A stretch of 62,385 nt of DNA, filler included, from Dimargaris cristalligena (GCA_003614675.1; 8 parts of 8 records of this genome joined end to end with filler, not necessarily neighbours in it); one strand, 5' to 3'. Counted from the whole stretch's first letter, positions 13,068 to 27,149 are shown. The notes: a model not told the origin generated them from the letters alone. Program-made: numbers and translations.

Positions 13068-13616
13068 ATGCTGCGCAAACTCAAGCACCATGAGGCCAAG
13101 CTCCTGCGCAAGGTCGATTTCCTAGAGTACCCCAAGGAAAAGAACGTGGTTGAAATCAAAGCTGTTGCCAAATACGGGCTCAAAAACCGGGAAGAATACC
13201 TCCAGTACCACCAGGTCAGCTGCGAAATCAAACGCCTAGCCCGTAAATTAGCCACCCTCCAGCCTACCGATAGCTTCCGCATCGACCAGGAGAAGCTGCT
13301 CGTCGATAAATTGTTCCATATGGGTATTCTGAGTGACCGGAATACTGTGTCGCAGGTACTGAATGTGAGAGCCGAATCGTTTTGTCGCCGCCGCCTCAAT
13401 GTCATTCTGTGTCGGTTAAATATGGCCGACACCATCAAGGATGCGAACAAGTTCATTCAACATGGGCATGTGCGCGTCGGCGTGGAAACCGCCAACGACC
13501 CGGCCATGCTGATCACCCGGAGTAACGAGGACTTCGTGACTTGGGTGGATAGTTCGGCTATTAAACGCCACGTCATGAAGTACAACAACAAGCTGGACGA
13601 TTACGATCTGCTCTAG
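13068..13616 (+). CDS. IMP3: U3 snoRNP protein Imp3
   Basis: MLRKLKHHEAKLLRKVDFL N-terminus; S4-like domain FCRRRL...FIQHGHVRVG; C-terminal EDFVTWVDSSAIKRHVMKYNNKLDDYDLL. Confidence 0.97.
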   Translation: MLRKLKHHEAKLLRKVDFLEYPKEKNVVEIKAVAKYGLKNREEYLQYHQVSCEIKRLARKLATLQPTDSFRIDQEKLLVDKLFHMGILSDRNTVSQVLNVRAESFCRRRLNVILCRLNMADTIKDANKFIQHGHVRVGVETANDPAMLITRSNEDFVTWVDSSAIKRHVMKYNNKLDDYDLL

Positions 13617-13937
13617 TTAGTTGCCCGTCACCCGGGTTGTTTTTCTATAAATGGCACTTGCTATTTCCACCACATTTACATTGGGAAAAATAAAAATCAA
13701 TAAAAGCGCACCTATTACTTTATGGTCGCTGTGTTTATTAGACCACCAACACCTAACAGGTTTTGACGTTGGCATTAAATATTATAAAAACAATGTAATG
13801 AGACGAAGTGGGTGTGTATTCGGCAAAGGCTACCTTGTCCAGCCCCGATCCGGGAAAGCCCTCAGACCGAGTCAGGGTAGTTAATACAACCCACAGAAGG
13901 GTAAAGTTAACTGGAACTGCTAATGTGATTTTACAAC

Positions 13938-15618
13938 TTAAAGTAATCGATTAACGCTGGCCAAAACCTGGGATGCCAAATCCTCATCCTGGTAATTCCA
14001 CGTAAAGACCAGCTCGGCCACGGTAGTGGGGTGCTCAGCCGACGGTTCGACTTGAATAGCCATGGTGGCAATCACTACCTGTAAGCCGACCGGGTTAAGA
14101 TAAATGGGAACGCCATTCAAATTCTCGCGCAGGATATGGAAAATGATGCGGAGGGCCTTGGTTAAATTCTGGTGTACTTCAGCAACGGCTTCGGGGTCCA
14201 AGCCGAGTGCTTGGAGTTGGGCCGTCACTTCACTATCGGTCGTGGCCGTGGCCGCGACTGATGAGGCGGGCGGTAGGGGAGAATCATCCAGCGATCCGGT
14301 GGCGGTCCACCGGGCCAGCATTTTGTCGAGGGGAAGAGTTTTCCGGGTTTCGAATTCGAGATGGTGGGACCGAATGGAGGCCGTCCCTTCAGTGGGGTCC
14401 ACGAGATAGGGTAGGCCCGGGGTTTGCGGATCGAGAACGAGTAGACCGTCGACGGGGAGATCCACCAACGGCCGGGGACCCCCGCTGCCGGCCCCCCGTT
14501 CGGTGGAGTTCTCCCCCGCTCCGCTGGGCATAACCGAACCCGAACCCGAACCTGAACCCTCCGGGGTGGATGAAGAACCCTCGGCGGCCTGTTTCTCCCG
14601 TCGCCACAACTGTTCATAGAAAGCGGTATCCATGCGCACCGGAATCGCCCGACTCGTTTCGATATCGATGGACTCGCCGTTGGCCGGATCGAAACAGGGG
14701 ATACCGAACTCCTTCATGATTTTCGATTTCAAGTAACCCATTTTGGTCTTCTCCCCGTGCACCAATACCACATTACGGGGTTCACACTGACTGATCAGCT
14801 GCATAATCCCCTTGGCGTCGGCATGGGCACTGAACGACAGATTTTTAACCTGTAAACCCACGTGGATGGAATTGAAATTATCTAAATCAATGACTTTTTG
14901 GCCCGCCAGTACTTTGGCTCCTACGGTCCCGGCGACACAGTAACCCGGCATAATGACCATATTTTTACGATCGTGGGCCCATTTCTTGAACACCTCCAGT
15001 GAGGTACCGATGTGCAGCATCCCGGGGGTGGCAAACAGGACCATGGGTCCGGGTTGGTCGGCGAAGGACCGGTCCCACGGTTTGATGTGTTTAAAATCGA
15101 ACATGTTACGGTGGATGTACGTATCCTTGATTTTCTGGTTGGTCCAGTTGATGAAGAGTCGGTAGTAATTGTTGGCCTTTTCGGTTAATCCAGCCGAGAA
15201 ATAGACGGGCACTTTGAGGCCCATGCGATCCCAGAAAGTCTCAATAAGGATACAGAGTTCCTGCGCGCGACCGAGGGCGAACACGGGGATGATGACTTTA
15301 CCACCCTGCGTCACACAATCGTACACCTTGGTCAAGAAATCGCGTTCGCGGGACCGCTTGGAGTCCCGAACGGTCGTGGCGTACGTCGTTTCGGTCACCA
15401 ATACATCGGGCCGCACTTTATCGATCCAGGCGGACCCCAAATGCCGATCCGGGGTCATGTTATAGTCCCCCGTATACACAATCGATTCCGTCCCCACCCG
15501 CACGTAAAACATGGCGGCCCCGAGCACATGGCCCGCATAATACGCCTTGATTTCAATCTCGTCGTCCAACCAGTGGGTCTCATGCAAATTCACCGTGACC
15601 ACTTTTTTCATACCATCC
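13938..15618 (-). CDS. INTS11: Integrator complex subunit 11 (CPSF3L) beta-CASP nuclease, 5'-truncated
   Basis: [66 protein letters not shown]...[10 protein letters not shown] and SFSAHAD match INTS11 rather than CPSF73/Ysh1. Confidence 0.93.
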
Positions 15619-15718
15619 NNNNNNNNNNNNNNNNNNNNNNNNNNNNNNNNNNNNNNNNNNNNTTAATTAATTAANNNNNNNNNNNNNNNNNNNNNNNNNN
15701 NNNNNNNNNNNNNNNNNN

Positions 15719-15909
15719 AATGTTCTGGGACTTTCCCTCCCTTTCTCTATTATTCATCTATCTTTTCATTTAGGCTTTCCCTTTTGAGTATCAATACTCC
15801 CCCTTACTGCCACCTCTTGGGACAGTAAGTCTATCATCACCTTTTCCTTTTTATCATCTTTTTTTCAAATAAAGTTCAGTTTTTAAGGATTTGATTTCAG
15901 TTCTTTACA
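15719..15909 (-). mobile_element. Family C repeat terminus (probable LTR) interrupting the Gypsy integrase
   Basis: Reverse complement begins TGTAAAGAACTGAAATCAAATCCTT, matching 31234-31294 and 62325-62385. Confidence 0.75.
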
Positions 15910-16717
15910 CTAAGTATCAATATCATTGGCCCATTTAACACTACCTAAAATGGCAACAAGTTTGTCATTATTATAGTTGACTATTTCACCTGTTGGTCCT
16001 TTGCCCACACAGTCCCAAATATTATGGCCCAGGTTGTTATCCAATTTCTTATTGAAGATGTGATTAGTGTGTATGGCTGCCCTCAGATCATCATCTCTGA
16101 CAGCAGTAAACATATCACTGCAAGTATCCTCTGGCAGATGCTATGCCTCTTAGGAGTAAACTACCACATGGTTATCCTATACCACCCCCAGAGTAATGGG
16201 GCCATAGAGCAGCTTAACAGCACTCTCAAACACATAATCACTAAATATTCCTCTAGTGATGACCCTCAATGGGACCAATACCTGGCACTACACTTGTTTG
16301 CCTACTGCATAGCCCATGTCTGCATCATTGCTAATAAACCCTTATATTTGATGTATGGCCATGACCCTCACATGCCCATAGATGTTGTACTGAATACCAA
16401 ACCTGATACCCTGCAAGCCTCCACCAGCTCTGCCTACATTGATAAGTTATACAACAGGCTCAGTGACATCTACCAATGCATCTGCCACAAACTGGGTCCC
16501 AAGCCTACAGACCCCACATAGTACTACATTGGGGATTTCATCCTAGTCCAGGTCCCCCATAGGCCCCTTTCAAAGGCCCTATCTCCATTAAAGGCATCCA
16601 TAGTAGTAACATATACACTATTACCCCCACAGTCCATGATAAATATCTTCAGTAGGAATGTATTTCTGGTGACCAAATCATTCCATTCATTAAAGGCCTC
16701 AAGGATAAGGCTCCAGT
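15910..16717 (+). pseudogene. Degenerate Ty3/Gypsy integrase (rve)
   Basis: SINIIGPF..NGNKFVIIIVDYFT; YGCPQIIISDS; YHPQSNGAIEQLNSTLK; WDQYL...FAY; in-frame stops; followed by a PPT and an LTR. Confidence 0.9.
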
Positions 16718-16729
16718 AGGAGAGGGAGA
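16718..16729 (+). other. Polypurine tract of LTR retrotransposon
   Basis: AGGAGAGGGAGA immediately before the LTR TG at 16730. Confidence 0.8.
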
Positions 16730-17672
16730 TGTCAGACCACCTAATCTGCCTTAATCTGGACACATTAGTGTTGATCCCCATTAGGCCTTATAGTGCCATA
16801 TTACCCTTTCCATGGCCACACCTGGTACTATAAGATCATCCTATATCATATAACCATTCCCCTTCCAGACTCTGCCACTTTATACTAATTACTCAAGGGC
16901 TGATCCAAAGACTCTTCCAGTTACCATTAGAGTTTTCCAGATACTAATGGCCATCCAGTTGGCCTATTTACCTATACCCTGGTCTTAGTAGTATCCTTCC
17001 CCCAGGACCTCCCTCTAGAGTTGTCCCTGTGTATATATAAATAGTCCTAATGGGGCTATTATGATAGGCTAGAAATAAGACCAGGTACCACAAGATGGTC
17101 AGGACTTCAAAGGATGGAAATAGGTTTATTAGACTAGATACCAGAAAGGCAAAACAAAAGAGAAGTTGCAAGCTAAAGAGTAAGCTGTGGGGGAATGGTT
17201 GGGGTTATATCTAAACTCCAGGGGCAGGGGAAGAATGATGATGACTAATAAATGTAAACCGGTAACTAGATAATAAGGGGAATAAAATATAGTAGGATAA
17301 TGGGTATATATTTCTATAATGTTAAATATTAATTTTACCCATTTATTGGTATGGGTTTTTTACTTATATGGCTGGTTATTCTTGTAGTTCGAATTAACCA
17401 GTCATGACAGGGGCCCAGTTAGATTCCTTAGCATATTCTTACCCCTCTGGTTTACCCCTAATAAGCCCTATATATACTCATCCCCCCCCATACTGACTAG
17501 TAAGTGTGCCTGCTGCCTATCCCTTACCTCTACCTGTACTTGGTCTTTATGGGTTAGTACCATACCTATACCTGACACTAGCAGCCTGCTTAGCCAAGTC
17601 TAAGCCTTGCCTACTACTAAAAGCCTATCCTCAGGACTCTTGATGAACTAAGAGTGGTTAACCTAAGTGACA
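16730..17672 (+). mobile_element. 3' LTR, family A (contains a nested insertion)
   Basis: TGTCAGACC...AAGTGACA termini; homologous to the other family A copies apart from an insert at 17057-17409. Confidence 0.9.
17057..17409. mobile_element. Nested solo LTR, family B (353 bp)
   Basis: Absent from the other family A copies; flanked by 5-bp TSD GGGGC (17052-17056 and 17410-17414); ends TATTATGA...GTCATGACA (mutated TGTCATGA inverted terminus). Confidence 0.8.
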
Positions 17673-20600
17673 TACTTATTAAATAACATAAAGCTCTAAG
17701 ATATTTAATTCAACCATTACATGCAAAAGTTGGATACCTTGATGTTTATAATAAAATGTACTTTAAAGCCCACCCTGCTACTGAGTAATGCTATAAAAGG
17801 AGCCATACAGGATATATTTGTTAATAAGACCAATGTACTGGGATAATCCGCAGAGCTATGGCCCAGTGTTATTATTCACTGGCTGTCCAGAAAGGAATAG
17901 CAGCCAGTAGGGCGATGCAAGCAAGATATTTCTCTGATAAGCCCTTTGAGCTAGCTGAGATGCAAATACATACTGGGGAGTGGTGCTCCTTGGAATTAAT
18001 AACTTATTTCTCAGCCCCATTTACTTATAGCCCTCATAAGCTTGCACCTTTTAAGTACCTTGCACTGCGGCATCTTTATACAGGTGGAGTATCTCCTTAT
18101 TAATAATAGGCCCCACCTGATGGTCATTCCGATCTAATTAGTTCCTGCCCAGTGAATCTATATGCAGCACTTGAGTCGCTGGACATAACCAAAGTTCAAA
18201 AGGTGACTATTAGTTCTTTTCTTACTGGGCGCCAAAACGTCCATAAAGTGGAGGACTCTACTTTGTTCAATAACCGCGTCTGTGTCCGGCTCCGCACTGG
18301 CGAACGTAGACCTGGCCTTACTGAGTCACCCCTAGTTTCTGTATACAATAAATTATTACAGGGTGGTTCAGTCAATCTTTATAGCTAAACATCCGCTTGA
18401 TGAAGTGGGTACTCTCAGGTCGAGAATTTCTAGACAATTTTCATTATATTCAAAGACTTTCCTGGCTGTGTTGATTTTCTCTCTTGGTAAACAGCTTAAG
18501 ATCCTGTCTAATAAATAGGACCGCATAATAAAGGGTTCCCTGCGGTCAAAAATGGGGAAGTTCTTCCCAGGCCAGGGCCGGGTCTTGGGGGGAGGGGGTG
18601 TAGGACAACTGTCCCCACACCCTTTTTGTTTAGCATTAGTGACTCTCACGCCCTCCCTACTTTTCTACGAGGGTGGTTTCCAAGCAAAAAAAATGGGGCG
18701 TATAGTTTGGCTTAGTTTTGGGGGTAGGGGGTTGCGGAATGAGTAGGAAAGGGAAGTCCTTTAATAATACCACTATACTATCAGCTAATAGGAAACTGGG
18801 TATTGAAACAATGTACTTGCATAGTCGCCACTTTATCCCCATTTAAGGCGGGTCAGGCTGGACACCACTTGACCGCGGAAACCCGAAGGGTGATATCGGC
18901 ATTGCCTCCCCGAGGGGCAGTCGGCCCTGGGCTAATGACCGTGAAGGGCTGGTCAATCATTAATCCTTTTTTTACCACCCGGGTGCAGGGCATCGCCACC
19001 CACGCATAGTGGTTTGACAAGTTAATTAAAACTGGGCGGACCACATAATGAAGTGCTTTGCACTGGGAAAAAATAATCCAAACGCGAATAGCCTGGAGGG
19101 GGGGCGGACCCAAGCAAAAAGAGAACGTCTTAATACACTATTGCCCAGGCTCCCGTCTACATCTCCTCCCCTCACCAAGATTTCCCGCACTCCGTGTACC
19201 CCTGCTTCTCGAATCGAGCGTCCTCTTTAGATTTTCCCAAGCCCACTGCTTTGGGAACGGCCATGGGTACTTGCTGGTGGGTTGACCCGGTTAACACAGT
19301 CGATTTTACGTGTCGAGATATATCTGTTATTGTGTGTCGATAGTAATATTTACCTCCGTTCAAATTGGTGAACCCCCCTCCACTACTTGAGGCGGCGATT
19401 GTTCAGGGAAGAATCCGCCCATTCGAGCTGGACAACCGGATAATCCAATTTTATTGCTTCCCCATAGTCTGATTAAATAACCGACCCCTCAGTAGTTACC
19501 GAACTTCTAAACTTCCACGCAGTCAATAAGTATCCTTTTATAGTAATGCTTGCAAACATGAAGAAAACACCCATTTCGCCATTAGTGTGATAAGGCGCCT
19601 GAAATTAAGCGCCCTCGGCCCCGCTGTTAAAGCCAACCATTAAATGGGGACTATCTAATGTTTTCTTGGCCACTGGGCATAGAGGGGAGGGGAGAAAGTA
19701 GAACACAGCATCGTTTATCTAGTTCAAACTGAGAACCCCAGTAAAACCGTGGAATCCCGCCTTCGGCATTCCCCTGTCGACATGCACGTTTGTTTGGGGT
19801 AGATTTCATTTTCATGCTTCCGAACGGACGCCCGGTCGCTCATTTTTAATTATACGGCCACCCATGGTAAGCGGTCTTGAATAGTTGTCACCCTACCCAT
19901 ATGGCTAAAAGTCACGTCACCGACCATCTGCGAGAAAAAGTGGGGGCCGATATGATGAATGCCTACATATTGACACCCTGCTTTGGATCCACATTATTCG
20001 GCGCGGTCCCACGGAAGAACCCGCTACCCAGTCGGGCTGGCGTTTGTTGGCGCCAGGTGCATGTAATGGCAAGCCACCCAACCTAAAAGATGGGAGAGAT
20101 TGTGTACAATGGTGAGAAAACCTTCCAATCTCCCCCCTCAGTGTTGGGAGGGAAATAGGAAGTGGGGTGGTAGTTTGTTTCGCGATACTTAGACATCTAT
20201 GTGTAAGAGGGTCCCAGTACCAGTTAGTTTTTTAGTTCAATAAATAAAATAAAATGCCTGTGACACTGACTTCAGCATTCCCCCGGCTACCAGTCACTTG
20301 ATACACGGCGGACCATCGTCGTAAAAGAAATTACCCACACATTTTGGGCGTAAGACGGCCCGCAAGATAAATGTGGAAACTAGTGGTCCGCCAAACTACC
20401 AAATATCATTCTTAGCGCCTGTTTAGTATTATACCAACCTATATAGGTCGAGATATGCCCCTGGATAAGTAAGCGGAGTGCTAACCGGCTGCCACGACAA
20501 CTAATACAATGGCAGTGTGAAGTAGTGACATTTCTTCAGTTTTTTACAATATAATTTATGTATTAGTCCAGCCGGAGGCACCCTAGGGCTTGGATAAACA

Positions 20601-23600
20601 CAATCTTGACTATATATAATTTGGTTGAGATTTTAGAATGACTAATCATGTGTAGCGCCAGACAAGAATCCAGGGTTTTGCCACATGCGTATTTAGCAAT
20701 CCTTGTAGGCACGTACAATGGCTGAATCCCTTGATCAAACACTAGCTAGTGGTTGATATATTGTAATATTTTAATGTTCAACATCACATCCTGGCTTTAC
20801 AAACCCTAATGAGCATTATTTATGACAAAACACTGGCCCATCTTGATATTATTGTTTGCCGTATCTCGGGGGAGAGGAGGGAGGGCCATGGTCGGGTTGT
20901 ATGAAAAAACATGGGTGTTGGCATAGCTAGTGCGGTTTCAAGCCAAAAAATAATAATCACATACATCATTTACCAGCTATTTCTAAACCAATATACACAA
21001 AATCCCAAATAGTTGGGTAATCGGATAGAAAAGACAGCGCCGGTTTTGACAGACTGGTAGGTCAACTCTGGAAAACCCCGGAAAAAACTGAAATTGCACA
21101 TGTACTCCACTTCAGTGCATATATGACTAGTAGTAGGCAATGATAAAGTAATATTCAGAATCAATACGCTGAACTTGGCCTGTGAATGTCATTAAGTAAT
21201 ACAGTAGGAAGTTATATAAGAGGGTTTTTTTTTGAAACAGATACCGGTAAGTAAGCCGTTTGCTCAACCACCAAACCATTTACCGGAGGGTAATAAGAGC
21301 GGACACCCCTTGAATACGACGCGTAGGAGCAACTTACACCCCACATTGGGGAGCGCTTGGAACGGCTAACTAAAGGCACACCATTAAGCTTTATGAAAGT
21401 TCGCTTCCGCTTTTTATTTGCAGCATACCCCGGGCCTAAACCTAAGCATTTATGATTTTAAACATGGGTCTCTCTTCTGTTGATCGGACTACCTCGATAC
21501 TGATGGGTTTATACTAAGCAGTGTGAACAACCCGTTTCTACGGCTGAACGGTCGATAAGTCCGCTAAATAGTTCATTGGGCCGAGTATACATATGCATAA
21601 CTATTTTCCTCCAAATATGATTATAACATACTAGCTGTCGGCTGGAAGAACGAAAATATATACACAATACACCAGGTCATGCTGACCGCGGCGAACAAGC
21701 TTTTTGGTGGGCGGGACGTATAACGCAAAGGGCTGACCCGGTTCGGCTAAATCGAATGGAAAGCGGTGAATAAAAATGGGGTGTTGCTTATAAAGAATGG
21801 GGGTTTGTGATTAGAAAACGGCTCGGCCTCATCCTCCCTTATATTAGAATGGCTACCTTTTACGTATTTACATCCTTGAATGGCACTGGATGCATAGGAT
21901 GGCTAACCGGCACGCTTCTTCGAATTGACACCCATTAAAAGCAGTCAAGGGAGATTTCTCGGAATGGGCTGCTGTTAGCGACCATGGCATTGCCACTATA
22001 AACTGCACATGAATGAAGGAAAAAAGAACCGGCATACACTATTTTTGCGAAAACAGCCGATACTGAGAGAGCCAGTATCCTGGGTGGCCGCGGCCATAGT
22101 GAATGGAGAGTATGAAACATGGAAAATGCAGCTGTATGGGCAAAGTGGTGATGGCGTAGCTGGTTTACCCTAATCTATCTCTGGTTGCTTTTCCCCTCGG
22201 TTATGGAGTCCCTAAGTAGATTTCATCGGCATTGGCTGGGGTGTTTTATAGTATTCTACTATTACCAAGGTGCCCTCTATCCCACCTTCCTTCGCATTTC
22301 CACGGTAAGATCCACCTACGGGCAAATTAATTAATTGAACAGGACCCTTGCTGCAATCCCACACAGTTCGTTTTTTTTTGTTTTTCGTTTCTTTCTGGTT
22401 TGCCCCCGTCATACCCAATGGGATCGCCCTTTGCCTTCACTCTCCAAAGCCGCCCACAACCATAGCTGCGCTGCACATGTGCTTAATTAAACCGGAGTGT
22501 GGGTGGGAGAAAAGCAAGTGGTGTAGGTTGGATGCCCGTCCACCCAATTAAAAGACTATCGTCTCCCACCCAATCCACATTTACTCACCAATCCCACCGT
22601 CCCTCTACAGGCCAGTCAGGTTTCAAATAGAGATGGGCGGGAGGGGGTCAATACTGTAACGGGGGGGTTGTGGTGGACCGGGGAATTTACCAGTAGTGCT
22701 TCGATCCGAGGAGGGAGGGGGGTAATCTGGGAGATTCTTAGTAGAAACAAATTAGTAAAGTCTACAAATTATTATTTTATTGAAACACGATCTTTTTCCG
22801 TTTACGGGTTATTTTTTGTGTTTTATACTTCCGGTTCGGTTACGGCTTCTATGACGATATTGCTCGAGCTCCGCTTAGTGTTGACCCGGGTAGGCTCTGG
22901 TCACGTGACGTGGGGATTTGTCGGGACGGGGACTTATGGTGTGGTTGCAATACCAGTGCTTTCGTTCAACTGCCAACAGTCACCACTCTCCCGGGCAAGG
23001 GTGAATCCGGTGCATCAAGAGGAATCCTACCCTAGGGTGGAAAATATGTCATAATATATATCAAAGGAATGGACTTTGGAGGGAGGGGAGTGGAGTGGAG
23101 AATAACACAAATGGGGGCGAATAATAGAAAAAGGGGCTTCAAAGTTATGGTGCAACATACTACTGCTAAATAATATAAGCAAAATTAGGGAGGAAATGCC
23201 AGTATTGCCAAAATCCTGAAATGGTATTGCCCCCTCCCCATCTATATCCAGACTAGGTCACATTCCCCCCCCCCCCATCATTTGCAGCGGGCTTCCAAAA
23301 CCCACTCCAGCCCTTGTACTGGGCCCATTTCCGTGGCAACTATTTTTAGTATCATCGATTCTAGAGCATAGAGATTCTACTTCCTATTCTACCGAAAGGG
23401 TTCAACTAAATCTAATCGGTATGTTAAAAGCTCGTTTATGGGGAATAGTCCTGTTAGCNNNNNNNNNNNNNNNNNNNNNNNNNNNNNNNNNNNNNNNNNN
23501 NNTTAATTAATTAANNNNNNNNNNNNNNNNNNNNNNNNNNNNNNNNNNNNNNNNNNNNTTCTCCACTGCAATCTGATTTCCCCCCCCCCCCCCAATGCGC

Positions 23601-24004
23601 TTGGCACTATATATAGTTTTAGTAGGGCTTCTCTCCCCAACCCCCCCTCTCCTTTTCCGTTCCTTAGCCTTGTGGTCCGCCACACCTGCGTTTCGTTTCG
23701 TTCCTTATCACTTTTCTATTCTATTCTATTATTTTGTTTGTCGTTCTATCTTTCTATTATTACTGATATAGCCGGGGCTTCTTCCCTCTTAATACTTCCG
23801 TTAACTCCCGCGTGCGTGCGTATATGTGTGTGCGTGAGTGATATCACTTGGTATTGGTTCTTTATTGGCCAGCCCCCATTTCCAAATACGCATTGTGTCC
23901 CCCCTTCTTTTCTAACCTTCCCCTTTCATTTGGGCATATTCGCTGTTCCCGCCTCCACCAGTGGTATTATTAATACCCGACTGGAGCTGCCCCTGTTCTT
24001 TCCG

Positions 24005-25944
24005 ATGATGGCTAGAATTGCTTACACCGCCCCCCTTCATAAATCCGACACCATGGCTTCCTTACCCGGTAGGTATTCTTATCCTCAATCCACCGCCTTT
24101 GAAACTCCGCGAACTATCCATCGGCCCCGGTCCCTTTCTTCCTTCCGCCCGAAGTAAATACTGGCATTGCACCCGGTCCTTTCATGGCCTACTCCACCAG
24201 GGACAATGACCCCCCTGCAACCCCAAGTCCCTAACATTCGCCACCCTTTTATTTTCATACATTCTCGATATCAAATTATTACCCTTGTTCTAGTCTCCAC
24301 GTACTTGCAAGAACCGTTTTTCCAAACGCCCGTCAACAAGCGGAAACGACTCATTCAGCGCATTATGCAGATATCCGGTCAACTCGAGCTGCTTCTTAAC
24401 CGAGAAAAAACCGACTATGTCCAGGTAAGCCCTATTTATCTACTTCCCTTTTTTTCTTTTACGTTCCAGAAATCATGGACCGAAACTGTGGTTCTATCAT
24501 TGCATGGGTTATACGGATGGGTCACCGACCCTTCTTTACTTTTTTAACTGCCTTTCTTGATGAGACGGTTTTTTTCGTTGGGTCCATCTTACCCATCAAC
24601 TGGTTAATCATTGTCGTTCCATAGTAATTAAATCCCATTTGCCTGTATTAATATATATATATATGGGTGTAAAAACCCACGCACTGTCTTTGCTTTGATT
24701 GGCCCTATCCTACGGTTGACAGGTGGTGCTACTCGATGACAAGGCCGACAAGCTCACGCGACTCCTGAAAACTCTGGTGGCCGAACATGACGAGCAAAGT
24801 CGGCCTCTACAGGTAGGTTATGTTTGTATTTTTTATTTTGAGTTTGGCGGCAGGTACCTCCAGATATAAGCCTCATCAGTTAAGGGTATTGCTTAGGAAT
24901 ACACTGCCGTATCTACTTTCATTTCGGATCATTTGATGCAGCAGACCCGGCGGGGATTAATTCGTTTGTTATATTACGCGCCCCCCCATTTTATTTTGGT
25001 ATTCCCGTACCATTCCTCGCCTATAGGCCTTTTTTCAGGAAACTGGCTTCGGGGAGCTGTTCCCCTGTGCCATGGCGCGCCTTAGTTTAGAAACTTTGGC
25101 CACTGGCAAGATAGTAAAGAATACCGGCATCCATGGTAAGTTTATCCTCTTTCATAGTACTATCATCGGTTTTGTCAATTATAGGTCATGTTTTTGCTTC
25201 GTTGTCTAGCAGGCATGCGTTCGGCCTATTTTGGCTGGTAGAATGTGCATTCCCCCCATTCCTAACAAATACATGTGTGGTTATTATAATTCACCCTCCT
25301 GATACTTGTCAGCCCATTTTCAAAGTCTCACCTCCCTTAACCAACTGATCGACATCAGCCTTCAACTCCAACACAACCTTGAATTGGCGAACCACCGGTT
25401 CGTACCTCACCAGCTTACTGTATTATATGTAAGTAAGCCAAATTGCTGGGTGCATTAAATTCGTGGCTGGCTGATGTTCTACAACTGCCGCTTTTTATAT
25501 TTTTTTTCGCGTTTTTCGCATATAGCTTGTACCTGGCCCCTACTCAAAGTAATATTTCCTCAACCCCAATCACTACTACCTTTGACTTACTTCGATTAGC
25601 AATCCCTGGGGACCGCCGGAGTAGAATATAAAAAATACAAAGCCAAAGTGGAAATCGAATTCGACCGCATCAAGGCGTACCTACCTGTAGAGGCCGATTC
25701 ATCCAAGAAGGCCACAAATCGTATGGACCATGATGAGCCTTACGGCAATCATCAGGGCCTTCGGCAATCCCCTATACCAGCAGTGGCCCCTGACGGCGTG
25801 GCTCTGACTGGCCGGACACGCCTCTCTGACTACCATCAAAAGTGGCTGCGTGAACTCACATCAGAAATTGTTATAGAGGCACTCTATAAGAAAGGGCCTA
25901 TCCGCCACGCTTCCAAGCCTCTCGCTAAAGTTTTGGAGTGTTAA
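24005..25944 (+). CDS. Hypothetical multi-exon protein
   Basis: Protein-like segments bounded by AG/GT (...EKTDYVQ | VVLLDDKADKL...PLQ | ...LQLQHNLELANHRFVPHQLTVLY | QSLGTAGVEYKKYKAKVEIEFDRIK...VLEC*). The exon chain is only partly resolved and no family was recognised. Confidence 0.5.
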
Positions 25945-27149
25945 TCACTCCACCTCCCGGCTTTGTAACGCCCCCTACTCATTCAACCTGCTTCGTTGTT
26001 TGGTTGAGTACTCCACGAATGGAACGGCATCCTAGGGCTGATTTCCTAGCCTACCCTCCTCTCCGGGTGGGCAATTTAACCTAGACCGTATTGCCCTCTG
26101 CCTCTTCGTTCCACCCCATCTTTAGCCTAGCCCCCCTTCCCTCCTCTCTCCAATTCGTCCTGTGTATGATATATATTCGCCTCTTTCGGAAGCACCAATG
26201 CGCTTAGCATCGTTGGACTGGGCAATACCTAGTCCCGCATCCGGCACCCTGTTCTCAATCTACTTTTCAACTTCACGCTTAAAGTATTCCGCGCTGTTTT
26301 TATCGTACTTCTGAATTCATTCAAAGCTATTTCCTTTTCCATTGATACTCCCCCCGTCGTATATGCGGTCTTTCGCTATTGGTGCTATAAATATATAACC
26401 ACCTCCCCGCCTTCTCCTTTGCGGCTAGTCTCTTCTACCTAAAGACCCCTTTTCACTTGCAATTTGTTGATGTTCTTCCCCCTTGCCAATAAGTGCTCTG
26501 TTCTTAATATATATATATGTAATAAATATTAGCACTATTTCTACCCTAATTTCCCCCTTTAGGATACGACTTCACCCACACTCCGTGTCCCCTCCACTCT
26601 CCTCTATCCCTCTCATCGCCTTAGCGTACCTCCACTTTATCAATAATCCACATGCTTACAATGTGCGGCTGCTTCATAAGCTATATTAATCACGTGGGAA
26701 GGTCCTCCCAGACCCACACTGCCCGCCAGTACATGCACATAATACCGCCCACTAAGGACTTGGAGGATGGTGCTGCTGGCAGTTGTGACCCTCCCCACCT
26801 CCGATTCTCCCTCCAGCACACACCGGCGATTCCCTCCTCCTCTCCACCCTCCTCCCCTTTAACAGACAGAAAATTGGGGCCCTCTCCGCTCTCTCTCAAC
26901 CTATCCTCTTCCATTGCCGAGCTTCCTGAGTCACCCCCTCTTTCTGGCCGGCGGTCCCTCCAACCTTTCATTCGCTCACCTCGAATTCCGTCCTTTTATT
27001 GCCCCTTGGCGGTACCACACATACCCGAGTGCCATTCCCCCGATTCCGAGTTCATTTCCGATTGCATCGATTTTCCCATCCTCCGCACCTCTCTACTCGG
27101 CTCCGTATTTTTCGATCGCAAGTTCGATCCAAGTGCTACACACACAGCC

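Noticed and set aside
17673-23458. About 5.8 kb with only short ORFs
   Set aside because: No convincing exon chain, RNA gene or repeat recognised; treated as intergenic.
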